Source: Octopus bimaculoides (taxonomy: Eukaryota). From it: DNA of 34,003 nt. A model generated the notes under the pieces. The model was not told the origin of the DNA. It was given only the letters and a program-made list of their open reading frames with translations, and searched no databases. The first letter of the stretch is position 1, and every line of letters begins with the position of its first letter. Position numbers and translations under genes: made by a program. The stretch covers positions 60,131,225 to 60,165,227 of the forward strand of contig NC_068990.1 of NCBI RefSeq assembly GCF_001194135.2, in the 5' to 3' direction. This document shows positions 10,400 to 20,969 of this stretch, piece after piece.

Positions 10400-10535
10400 T
10401 AGAATATTTGGGATTAAGAAGGACATCCAGCCTTAGAAATCATACTAAAGCAAACACTGGAGTTTGACATTCCTCTCACTTGTTGAATCCTGTTGAACAC
10501 TCAAACCCATGCCAGCCTAGGAGATAAAATGTAAA
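10400..10535 (+). mobile_element. Degraded RTE 3' tail
   Basis: ttaagaaggacatccagcc...aaacccatgccagc matches ttaggaagggcatccagc...aacccatgctagc of the other tails. Confidence 0.6.
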
Positions 10536-10791
10536 AAGGTAAAGGTTACCTTCTCAAGTCATACAGACTCATAAGGGCCAGTTTCCCAGTTTCCATGGCA
10601 TATAGCTTCCTCACCTGGATGGGACACCTGTCCGTTGCAGGATTACTCATTTTCGCCAGCTGAGCAGACTGGAGCAACATGAAATGAAATGTTTTGCTCA
10701 AGAACACAATGCATTGCCTGGTTCTGGAATCAAAACCACAATCCTACAATAAGGAGACCAACACCCAAGCCTCTAAGCCACATGCATCCAC
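10536..10791 (-). mobile_element. tRNA-derived SINE (family B)
   Basis: The reverse complement aligns end to end with 5032-5290 and 32219-32482. Confidence 0.85.
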
Positions 10792-11325
10792 TGCGTGGGA
10801 AATGGAGGTGAAATAAGATGACATCGTCACCAACAGTGGCAGCAGTGACATTACCAGCAATGGCGACACGTTTAACTTCTTTATTGTTTAAACAATAATT
10901 TATCTACATCAGCCAATACACAACTTTGTACATTTACTTGAGATTCTAACATCATTAGTCTAGAAGGTATGTTGAATAAAGCAGTAATGTGCTTGGAACT
11001 GTCAGCCATACTTGTAGGTTAACTAAAAATAATATCAGTCATTGACCAATATTGTTTGTTTTTTCTTCCCTGTATGACTGTTTCTAGTTAGCTTATAATG
11101 AATAACGTGTTGATGAGAATTTAATGACTGATCATCAAATAGAACGAGGCATTGCCAAATGCAATGTAGAAGAGAATGCCATGTGTGAGGTTGTTGCTGA
11201 AGGTGAATAAGAAAGAGATGACAATATGTTCTCAAATCAACACATGTATTCTTGTTACTTGACTATTTAAAATCTACTTGATTTTAATAAGAAATTTCAA
11301 CTAATTTCAGGTGCAGATGTAACTA

Positions 11326-11518
11326 GGTGCAGGCATAGCAGTGTGTTTCAGAAACTTGTTCCTAACTATGTGGGCTTAGGTTCAGTTCCGTTGCCTGACA
11401 CTTTGCAAAAGCATCTCCTAACATAGGCCTGGGCCAATCAAAGTCTTGTGAGTTGATTTGGTAGACAGAAACTGAAAAAAGTTAATAGCATGTATGGATA
11501 TATATATATATATATATA
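11326..11518 (+). mobile_element. SINE family C head followed by (TA)n
   Basis: ggtgcaggcatag...ggttcagttcc...gatttggtagacagaaactgaaa, then a TA run. Confidence 0.75.
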
Positions 11519-11520
11519 CC

Positions 11521-11920
11521 TTTTATTTTTTGCATGTTTCATTCATCAGACTGTGGCCATGCTGGGGCACCACCTTGAAGAACTTTTAGTCAAATGTATC
11601 AACCCCAATACCTATCTTTTTTAAAGCCTGATACTTATCCTATCAGTCTATTTTGCTTAACCACTAAATTACAGAGGCATAAACACAACAGTACCAGTTG
11701 CCATGCAGCAGTAGGAGAGACAAACACAGACACAAAGCACACACACATAGAAAAATATATACATATATAGAGCAGGCTTCTTTCCATTTCTGTTTACCAA
11801 ATAAACTCACAAGGCTTTGGTCAGCCTGCAACTATAGTAGAAGACAGTTGCCCAAGATGCCACGCAGTGGGGCTGAACTCCAAACCATGTGGTTTGGAAG
11901 CAAAATTGTTGCACATGGCC
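11521..11920 (-). mobile_element. Bipartite SINE (C head + D tail)
   Basis: Collinear with 27750-28161. Confidence 0.85.
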
Positions 11921-11962
<42 letters not shown>

Positions 11963-11966
<4 letters not shown>

Positions 11967-12168
11967 GAATTGAAGTTGAGGTATCGTTCAGTGAAGGTCG
12001 GTTTGTGGTATACGGATGTTCTGAATGCATACTTGGTGGTGTTATTAATACATTCAGGAATGTCAGCTGATTGTCTTTTTCCTTTTCCATTGTGAACTGT
12101 ATTGATGGCTTTATTGAGTTCACATGATCTAACAGCACTTGAACATCTTCCTGGTGAGGCCAGAGTAT
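11963..12168 (-). mobile_element. Penelope-like element RT C-terminal fragment
   Basis: ILWPHQEDVQVLLDHVNSIKPSIQFTMEKEKDNQLTFLNVLI, then after a frameshift FRTSVYHKPTFTERYLNFNSH. These are characteristic PLE RT thumb motifs. The fragment abuts (TA)n at 11927-11963. Confidence 0.88.
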
Positions 12169-12450
12169 GAAGTTACCTTCTGAGGAACAAGTTCAGGCAA
12201 GGTTGTTTATGGAAGACCAGCATACTAGCCTCCCCTCTTCATGCCACCAATGTTATCCAAGGGAAAGGCAAAGGCCGATTCAGCTTGACACCAGTGATAT
12301 TGCAACTCATTTCTATGGCTGAGTGAACTGGAGCAACGTGAAATAAAGTGTCTTGCTCAAAAACACAACACACAGCCAGGTCCAGAAATTGAGCTCACTA
12401 CCTCATGATTGTGAGCCTGATGCTCTAACCACTGAGCCAGTGGCTTCACT
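12169..12450 (-). mobile_element. tRNA-derived SINE (family A), 3'-truncated
   Basis: The reverse complement matches 13968-14297 (tggctcagtggttagag...ccttggataac...). Confidence 0.88.
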
Positions 12451-12484
12451 CCTGAATGAACATATATACATAATTGATGTATAT

Positions 12485-13265
12485 AGGTGTAGGCTTGGGT
12501 GTGTGGTAGGAAATTTGCTTTCCAACGACATAATTTCAGGTTCAGTACCACTGTGTGGTACCATGAACAAGTGTCTTCTACTATAGCTCCAGACTGACTA
12601 AAGTCTTGCAACTGAATTTGGGAGAGGGAAACTAAAAGAAACCCATCATATGCATGTATGTATGCATTATGTATGTATGTGTGTATGACTGTGTGTGTAT
12701 GCATGTATGTATGTATGTTATAATTCAGTTTTATTTCAAGATTTCTTGCCAATAAAGATCTGGTTTCTAATCTAGATCCAAGGCTCCTTCATTGGAATTG
12801 CAACAACATTAACAGGATATTTTTGTATGTACGTATGTATGTATGTATGTATGTACGTATGTATGTATGTATGTATGTGTAAAGATTTGTATCTTTTGTT
12901 TTAAGTATGTATTCCCATGCATATAGTTGCATGTCTTGACATACTCATATATACTTAAAAGATAAACTTCTGGTAAGTTTTATAGATTTTTACAGTTCCA
13001 GTGATGGGTTGGATCTGTAATCTTCAAATCAGCTTTCTCCTTTCTGGTTTTGGGAAGCCTAATTTCTCAAGATTGGTATTTAGGCAGTGTGTTACATAGT
13101 CTAGTGTATGTATGTATGTATGTATGTTTTTATGCTTGTGTTTATCCCCTATCACCACTTGGCAACTGGTTTTCATTTGTTTACATCCCTGTAACATAGC
13201 ATTTTTGTAAAATGAGACCGACAGAGTAAGTACCAGGCTTAAAAAAAAACAATAAAAATAGTGGG
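12485..13265 (+). mobile_element. Bipartite SINE (C head ~12485-12650, D tail ~13125-13265) split by an R4-type insertion in its (TATG)n
   Basis: Head and tail both match the family but are separated by about 480 bp instead of a short microsatellite. Confidence 0.75.
12720..13103 (-). mobile_element. 3' end of an R4/Dong-clade non-LTR retrotransposon
   Basis: 12881-13098 is near-identical to 29540-29750 (end of the RLE ORF plus 3' UTR). 12720-12825 is probably the terminal 3' UTR beyond an internal (CATA)n. Flanked on both sides by TATG-rich repeats. Confidence 0.8.
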
Positions 13266-13282
13266 ATCACAAGGAGTGAGTG

Positions 13283-13342
13283 AGTGAGAGAGAGGGGGGA
13301 GGGGGGAGAGAGGGGAGAGAGAGAGAGAGAGAGAGAGAAAGA
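13283..13342. repeat. (GA)n/G-rich purine tract
   Basis: Read directly. Confidence 0.9.
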
Positions 13343-13707
13343 GATAAGAACTGCACGTTTACCAAATATATGAGTATATTGGTATATTGTTGCTGTCTCC
13401 ACAGTGTGTATGTGAGGGGTTAATGGCACATAGAAGTGGATATGGATGCAACATAGATGCAAAAGAATGTCTTTTATATCAGCCTCTAGCTGCTTCAAAA
13501 CATCTGTTGTTAGATTTTCAAATCAAAGTTTATTTATATGGAAAATGATGAATGTTTTAGAATGTTATTGGTGGATGCTGGAGCAAAATAGAAATAGTTA
13601 ACTGACAGTTTATTCAACACCCACACGATATGACTGTTTGAACGGTGGTGGTGGTGGGGCAGGGGCATGTTTGTTTATGTGTAGTTAATTCAACACCAAA
13701 TATGTAA

Positions 13708-13922
13708 AGGCAGTGAGCTGGTGGAATTGTTAGCATGCCAGATAAAATGCTTAGCAGCATTTTATCTGTCTTTATGTCCCAATTTCAAATTCAGCAGAGG
13801 TCAACTTTCCCTTTTATCCTTTTGGGATTGATAAAATAAGCACCAGGCAAGCACTGGGGTCAATGGAATTGACTAGTATCTCTCCCAAAATTTCAGGCCT
13901 TGTGCCTATAGTAGAAAGGTAA
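13708..13922 (+). mobile_element. SINE family F
   Basis: ggcagtgagctgg...ttcaaattcagcagaggtcaacttt...gataaaataagcacc...gcactggggtcaat...ggccttgtgcc. Paralogous to 28225-28377 and 33225-33357. Confidence 0.8.
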
Positions 13923-13967
13923 TTACCAAATATGCTATTTTGGGATAAAAAGCAATGCTTTAACCAT

Positions 13968-14297
13968 TGGCTCAGTGGTTAGAGTGTTGGACTCACAATT
14001 AAGTGGTTGCGAGTTTGATTCCAAGCCGAGGTGTGTGTTGTGTTTTTGAGCAAGATACTTTGTTTCACGTTGCTCCACTTCACTCACTTGGTAGAAATGA
14101 ATTGCGACGTCATTGGTGCCAAGTTGTATCGGCCTTTGCCTTTCCCTTGGATAACATCGGTGGAATGGAGAGGGAAGACTGATATGCAGGGATGACTGCT
14201 GGTCTTTCATAAACAACGTTGTACGGACTTGTGCCTTGAAGGTGAACTTTCTAAGTGCAATCGCATGGTCATTCATGATCAAAGGGGGTCTTTACCC
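13968..14297 (+). mobile_element. tRNA-derived SINE (family A), full length
   Basis: A-box tggctcagtgg, B-box gagtttgattcc; ends aagggggtctttaccc. Confidence 0.9.
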
Positions 14298-15219
14298 AAC
14301 TATTAAACAGTCAGAAAGGGTTGCATAAATAAGTATGCCAAATATACAAAAATAAAAAAAACTCCTTTTTTAAAGGGTAATCTTTTATTTTTTATTTTAA
14401 TAAGTACAAAAACTATAATAATTGTTAGTCTCCTACACAGTAAAATTTACAATCTCATTAAAAAGTGCTGTAAAATATATACTTTTCTTTGATGATGGTC
14501 ATATCCATGTAAAATATTTGAAACATTAATTGATGATGTGTGCTATTCTCTAATGAAACATCTAATGATAATGTCTGCTGTTTAAGGTTTAATCTAGGCC
14601 AAGATGTTAGAGATGCATGATCAATTCTGAGAAGTTGCTGCATTAAATATCTGTGGCTGCATTGGTTACAACACCTAAGATCTTGACCATCTTAACCTTC
14701 CAAAAGGGCTGCGATGTAGACAATGGTACAGAATGTGGTAGCAGAGTGGTATCCAAAATGCATCCCCTTTAGAGTGTAAGGATTTAAGGGATGAAGCACT
14801 TGCATGAGAGGGGCAGGGTGTTTCTTTTGTCTCTGAAAATTTTCTGCTGTTCATCTGTCCCAAGAGTTTCTTACTATATTCTTTCAGCTGAGGAACATTT
14901 TACATAACAACCCATTCAAAGAAAAGTTATCAAGGATACTGGTTGATAATAAAAAAAAAGTAACTTTTAAGAATGACTGCAGTGATTTTTGGAACAAGTA
15001 AGGAATTTGATAATGAAATTTTATGAGATGTCTTAATGAATCAACCCAAAGAAATCTAATCACTTAGACTTTTACTTAGTTAAAACGATGCAATTACCAG
15101 TGCTACATGTGTGTGAAGAATTTACTTTGTTAGCTTTATGGAACCAGTATTAAACCCCTGTCTTTACTGAGTTTCTGAAGTTTTGCTCAGTAATATACTT
15201 GATAATTGTCACAATTTAA

Positions 15220-15800
15220 CCCTTTAGCATTTAAGCCAGCCATACCCAGCTGAAATATTTAACCTATTTTATATTCAAACTGGCCAGATTCGGCATCTCA
15301 AACCTACTGCACAATGTCATTCTAAAAATATATAATCATATCATAGAAAACTCTAAGCTACAAGATAATGCATGATTAATTAAATATAATGTGAATAAAT
15401 AAGCATTACATTTGACAGAGTGGCTCGTGATTCAGTGGTTGGAGTATTGGGCTTACAAACATGAGGTTGTGAGTTCGATTTTCAGACTAGGCTGTGTGTT
15501 GTGTTCTTGAGTAAGACACTTTATTTCACTTTGTTCCAGTTCGCTTAACTGCAAAAAGGAGTTACACTATCCCTGGTGCCAAGCTGTATTGGCCCTTGCC
15601 TTTCCTTTGGACATCATTGGTAGTGTGGAGATGGGAGACTGGTATGCATGAACAACTACAGGTCTGCCACAAAACAGCCTTGTATGGACTTGTGCCTCTG
15701 AGGGAACTTTCTCGGCAGAATCCTATAGTCATTCATGATCTAAGGGAGTCTTTATCTTTTACCCTTTTACAGTTGACAGAGTAACCTGAATGCTAAAGAG
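15220..15800. mobile_element. piggyBac-type MITE (~220 bp when empty) with TTAA TSD, interrupted by a SINE
   Basis: TTAA(15216-19)|CCCTTTAGCATT ... AATGCTAAAGAG|TTAA(15801-04): a 12-bp TIR with one mismatch. Confidence 0.88.
15421..15772 (+). mobile_element. SINE family A with 9-bp TSD inside the MITE
   Basis: TTGACAGAG at 15412-15420 and 15773-15781. The body matches 13968-14297. Confidence 0.9.
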
Positions 15801-16639
15801 TTAATCGTAATATAGGTCTAATCTCTCATATTTCTTACTTTTGATGTTGTCGTTTACCAGTGCTTGTTGTATTTGAAGAATTTTCGTTGTTAGTTTTATG
15901 AAAAATGTGTAATTACTGAGTTTTGGGATTCTGGGTTTGTAATACATTCAGCAATAGCTAGATCTTGTAAAATTTTTGAGTCATCATTATCTAAGGGTAT
16001 TTTTATATCAACAGTGGTGATGGATAGATTTCTTTTCATCAGATTGAATAGATAGCTCACAGCAGTGTTAAATGACAGTTCTTGTCTTCCAGCATTGGAA
16101 GATTATCTCATTTAGCAAGATGGTATTTCATTTTCACATTTTTGTTTCCAATAGTAGCATTTTAAATTTGCTTACAATTAATTTTTCCATTCTTTTATAA
16201 TCATAACTACTTTTCAAAGCTATGCATAGTGATATAGAGGTAACATTGCTAGTTGTTATTTGATATTTTACACATAATGTATCTTATTCTTTTTGAATAT
16301 GCTTTAATAGTTACAGCACCAAAACAAATTTTAAACTTCTGATCATATCATACAAAGAGAGAAATTCCAATTCCGGATGGTTACACTTTTCATTATTTTT
16401 TTTTTCAATATTAGGCAAATTCTTTAAAAAGTACCTCAAAGCAGCTAATCACGTTCTATCAATTTTCTTGTATTTCAGGGACCAATTATATTTTTTCCTT
16501 GAGTATCTCTGTGTTCATTTATCCTACTAAAAATAGCATCAAAACTTCTTTTAAATCCCTCTCTGTGATCTTAGAAAAAGAAAGGGTAAGTCGCATTGAA
16601 TAACCCTTGAGCATTCAGTTTACTCTGTCAAATATGATA

Positions 16640-17147
16640 GGAGGTTGTATCAAAAAGTTCCTTGACTAGTTGTGCAATGCACTAACAGAAGGCAGCACAT
16701 GATTGCATGGGCAGTGAGAGGTAGCAGTTACCTTCATGAGGCACTGTGCTAAGTGACATTGCTATGTTTACTTCTCAATTTGTGAAATTTGTGTTTTTGT
16801 GATCATGTGTATACGATTTTTATCCTGAACAGGAAGCTGGAACAAAGAGCCAACGTGAAGTTTTGCTTCAAACTTGGGAAGTCTGCTACAGAGACATTGA
16901 GCATGCTTCAACAAGCTTACAGCAATGAGGCAATGGGTCATACATAATGTTTCAAGTGGCATGGGCATTTCAAAAGGCACAACAGAGCTGCAGCTCAGTC
17001 AAAAGCATGCTCATCATTTTTTTCGACATCTGCAGCATTGTGCATTAATAGTTCATCCCCCAGGGCCAGACTATCAATCGAGAATTATACTATGGTGGTT
17101 TAAAGTATTTGAGGGACAACATCTGGTGAAAGTGACCAGATCTGTGA
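16640..17147 (+). mobile_element. Second mariner copy of the same family; left TIR only, with a different internal deletion
   Basis: TA|ggaggttgtatcaaaaagttccttgactagtt. Reads EQRANVKFCFKLGKSATETLSMLQQAY, then KSMLIIFFDI..IVH..FIPQGQTINRELY...LRDNIW.K.PDL. Confidence 0.88.
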
Positions 17148-17149
17148 GG

Positions 17150-18442
17150 TCGAGCGAGGTCGTTGCCGGTGCCCCCGGACTGGCTCATGTGCGGGCGACA
17201 CATGAAATCTTTCGAGCGGGATCGTTGCCAGTGCCCCTGGACTGGCTCTTGTGCGGGTGACACATGAGGCTTTTTCGAGCGGGATCGTTTGCCAGTGCCC
17301 CCGGACTGGCTCATGTGCGGGCGACACATGAAATCTTTNNNNNNNNNNNNNNNNNNNNNNNNNNNNNNNNNNNNNNNNNNNNNNNNNNNNNNNNNNNNNN
17401 NNNNNNNNNNNNNNNNNNNNNNNNNNNNNNNNNNNNNNNNNNNNNNNNNNNNNNNNNNNNNNNNNNNNNNNNNNNNNNNNNNNNNNNNNNNNNNNNNNNN
17501 NNNNNNNNNNNNNNNNNNNNNNNNNNNNNNNNNNNNNNNNNNNNNNNNNNNNNNNNNNNNNNNNNNNNNNNNNNNNNNNNNNNNNNNNNNNNNNNNNNNN
17601 NNNNNNNNNNNNNNNNNNNNNNNNNNNNNNNNNNNNNNNNNNNNNNNNNNNNNNNNNNNNNNNNNNNNNNNNNNNNNNNNNNNNNNNNNNNNNNNNNNNN
17701 NNNNNNNNNNNNNNNNNNNNNNNNNNNNNNNNNNNNNNNNNNNNNNNNNNNNNNNNNNNNNNNNNNNNNNNNNNNNNNNNNNNNNNNNNNNNNNNNNNNN
17801 NNNNNNNNNNNNNNNNNNNNNNNNNNNNNNNNNNNNNNNNNNNNNNNNNNNNNNNNNNNNNNNNNNNNNNNNNNNNNNNNNNNNNNNNNNNNNNNNNNNN
17901 NNNNNNNNNNNNNNNNNNNNNNNNNNNNNNNNNNNNNNNNNNNNNNNNNNNNNNNNNNNNNNNNNNNNNNNNNNNNNNNNNNNNNNNNNNNNNNNNNNNN
18001 NNNNNNNNNNNNNNNNNNNNNNNNNNNNNNNNNNNNNNNNNNNNNNNNNNNNNNNNNNNNNNNNNNNNNNNNNNNNNNNNNNNNNNNNNNNNNNNNNNNN
18101 NNNNNNNNNNNNNNNNNNNNNNNNNNNNNNNNNNNNNNNNNNNNNNNNNNNNNNNNNNNNNNNNNNNNNNNNNNNNNNNNNNNNNNNNNNNNNNNNNNNN
18201 NNNNNNNNNNNNNNNNNNNNNNNNNNNNNNNNNNNNNNGCGGGTGACACATGAAATGCCTTGAGCGAGACGGGATCATTGCCAGTGCCCCTGGACTGGCT
18301 CATGTGTGGGTGACACATGAAGTCTTTCGAGCAGGATCGTTGCCAGTGCCCCTGGATTGTCTCATGTGCAGGCGATACATGAAATCTTCCGAGTGGGATC
18401 GTTGCTGGTGCTCCTGGTCTGGCTCTTGTGCGGGTGACACGT
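17150..18442 (+). repeat. GC-rich 62-63-bp tandem minisatellite spanning a 900-N gap
   Basis: Units start at 17150, 17212 and 17275 (tcgagcgggatcgttgccagtgcccctggactggctcttgtgcgggtgacacatgaaatctt). About three more units follow the gap. Confidence 0.92.
17339..18238. other. Assembly gap (900 N)
   Basis: Run of N. Confidence 1.
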
Positions 18443-18598
18443 AAAAGCAGCCACTACACTCTCTGAGTGGTTGGCTTTAGGAAGGGCATCCAGCTGTAGA
18501 AACACTATCAAATCAGATTGGAGCCTGGTGTAGCCATCTGGTTTCACCAGTCCTCAGTCAAATCGTCCAACGCATGCTAGCATGGAAAGCGGACGTTA
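18430..18598 (+). mobile_element. RTE 3' tail continuous with the 62-bp array
   Basis: cacgtaaaagca..cactacactctctgagtggttgg..taggaagggcatccagctgtagaaac...catgctagcatggaaagcggacgtta. Confidence 0.88.
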
Positions 18599-18734
18599 NN
18601 NNNNNNNNNNNNNNNNNNNNNNNNNNNNNNNNNNNNNNNNNNNNNNNNNNNNNNNNNNNNNNNNNNNNNNNNNNNNNNNNNNNNNNNNNNNNNNNNNNNN
18701 NNNNNNNNNNNNNNNNNNNNNNNNNNNNNNNNNN
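18599..18734. other. Assembly gap (136 N)
   Basis: Run of N. Confidence 1.
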
Positions 18735-18759
18735 ATATATATATATATATATATATATA

Positions 18760-19067
18760 CCGCCTGACTGGCCTTTGTAGGGTTTTCGAGCGAGATCGTT
18801 GCCAGTGCCCCTGGACTGGCTCTTGTGCGGGTGGCACATAAAAGACACCATTTCGAGCGTGGCCATTTTCGTGCGGGTGACACGTAAAAGCACCCACTAC
18901 ACTCTCTGAGTGGTTGGCGTTAGGAAGGGCATCCAGCTGTAGAAACTCTGCCAAATTAGATTGGAGCCTGGTGTTGCCATCCGGTTTCACCAGTCCTCAG
19001 TCAAATCGTCCAACCCATGCTAGCATGGAAGGCGGACGTTAAACGATGATGATGATGATGATGATGA
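18760..19067 (+). mobile_element. RTE 3' tail copy with about 2 minisatellite units and (GAT)n end
   Basis: Near-identical to 18390-18598; ends aaacgatgatgatgatgatgatgatg. Confidence 0.9.
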
Positions 19068-19723
19068 GTACATTTTTATAAAACTGCTGGTGTTAAGCCT
19101 TCACTTCACATGTTTATTTTTATTTAATTGAAACATGTTTTAAAGATGTATACATTCTCTCAGTCCTTCAACTACAATAATATAAAAGTGTAAATATATA
19201 AAACTAAATATATTGCTACATGTTAATCTGTAACTCTCTGGATTTCATTCTGAAAGCCTCTCTCGAAGTGTAACTGTGAAGAGCATATATTTACTTTTCC
19301 TCCTTCACACTGGGACATTTGATTATCTACTCTTTTACTCTTTTACACTTTTATTTGTTTCAGTCATTTGACTGCAGCCATGTGAAAATAACTTTTCTTT
19401 CAATGTACTCTTTGCTATTTCATTTTGAAAGGGGGTTCTTAGACACTAAACACATGGTGTTAGATTTAGTTTTAAACATTTGCCCTTTCATATTATTATA
19501 TTTGAGTGAATGTGTAAGAAGAATGTTTCTGTTTTCATGATATGTTATGAGTGAATAAACAAATGTGTGTCATGAAGATTTTGTCAGCAATAAAGTTAAT
19601 AAAGGCTGCAATAAACGCCGTCATATAATCATGTCCAAATTAAACTGTTGCCAGACAAATGGTAGTAGCTATAGTGCAAGGCACACTCTTAGCTTGTTTT
19701 ATTTTTTACTGCCATTTATTACC

Positions 19724-20027
19724 CATGCCGGTATCATGTAAAAGGTATCTATGCGGGTGACCAATAAAAAGCACTGATGCTGGGACCATTCAAAAAGCAT
19801 CAGTACTGGCCCCATGTAAAATGCACTCATGCTGGTGCCATGTAAAAAAGTACCCAGTACACTCTGTTAAGTGGTTGGTATTAGGAAGGGCATCCAGTCA
19901 TAGAAACCATGTCAAAACAGACAATTGGAGCCTGGTGCAGTTCTCTGGCTTGCCAGCTCCTGTCAAACTGTCCAACACATACTAGCATGGAAAAACAGAG
20001 GTTAAATGATGAGGAATGATGATGATG
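19724..20027 (+). mobile_element. RTE 3' tail with short-unit aaaaagcac repeat array
   Basis: About 5 degenerate units, then gtggttggtattaggaagggcatccag...ctagcatggaaaa...gatgatgat. Confidence 0.85.
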
Positions 20028-20420
20028 ACTTGTTTCAGTCATTGGACTGCTACCATGCTGGGACACTGCCTTGAGCAGATTTGCCAAACAAATTGACCCT
20101 AGTACTTTTATTTAAAGTGTAGTACTTACTCTATTGGTTTCTTTTGCCAAACTGCTAAGTAACTAGCATGTAAACAAAACAACGCCAGTTGTCAAGTAGT
20201 GGTGGGGGACAAACACAGACACAAAGATGCACAAACATAAATATATATACAATATATACATGACAAACCTCTTTCAGTTTTCTTCTACCAAATTTACTCA
20301 TAAGGCTTTGGTAACACCAGGGTTATATCAGAAGTTACTTGTCCAAAGTACCATGCAGTGGGACTGAGCCCAGAACCATGTGGTTGGGAAGGAAATTTCT
20401 TATCACATAGTGATACCTTT
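20028..20420 (-). mobile_element. Bipartite SINE (C+D), tail-to-tail with the RTE tail
   Basis: Collinear with 27750-28161. Confidence 0.85.
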
Positions 20421-20923
20421 GCAAGCCTATTGAATTGCCAAAACTTTACATTGTAAAATAGTATTTGTTTCTCAGAATGGCCAGCTATGTGTTTCACCAA
20501 CACCCAAATTCTACTGATGCATCAATTTCACCATGTTCCTATTGTGACCAAACTTTTCTTCTTAGTTCTTTACCATCAAGACTTCAACTTGCTGGATCCC
20601 TGTTCCTTGCCCATGTTCTCCCACCCCACCAGTGCTTATTTGCAAATGATCAAGTTTAACATCATTAACCACATCAGTCCGTTTTGGAAAACCTACAAGG
20701 CTACATGTTCTGTTCTTCTTTCTTGGATTAAGCAATATCAGCTAATAGGAAATTCTGGAAATAGGTACAAGCATGGCTGCACGATAAGAAGGTTTCCTCC
20801 CAACCACATGGTTGCAGGTTCAGTCCCACTCCATGGCACTTTGAGTAGCAAGTGTTTTCTACTATAGCCTTGGGGTGACTAAAGCCTTGCAAGTGGATTT
20901 GGTAGATGGAAACTGAAAGAAGC

Positions 20924-20969
<46 letters not shown>

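Noticed and set aside
11085-11205. Acidic reading RVDENLMTDHQIERGIAKCNVEENAMCEVVAE ending at a GT donor
   Set aside because: An in-frame TAA lies between the only good acceptor and this stretch.
14640-14900. Higher-complexity segment with a 62-aa minus ORF
   Set aside because: No recognisable motif, no convincing splice sites, and stops in the alternative frames.
17150-18442. Regularly spaced GC-rich repeats as a possible CRISPR array
   Set aside because: Units are contiguous tandem copies with no unique spacers, the context is eukaryotic, there are no cas genes, and the unit is homologous to the RTE 3' UTR.
17100-18990. Long 'ORFs' of 300-390 aa and others around 18558-18990
   Set aside because: They consist of X codons translated through N gaps plus minisatellite sequence.
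20465-20760. Unique-looking segment with PCSYCDQTF (C2H2-like) on + and a splice-bounded frame GFPKRTDVVNDVKLDHL on -
   Set aside because: The zinc-finger His ligands are absent and neither reading can be tied to a family by eye. It needs BLASTX or RNA-seq.
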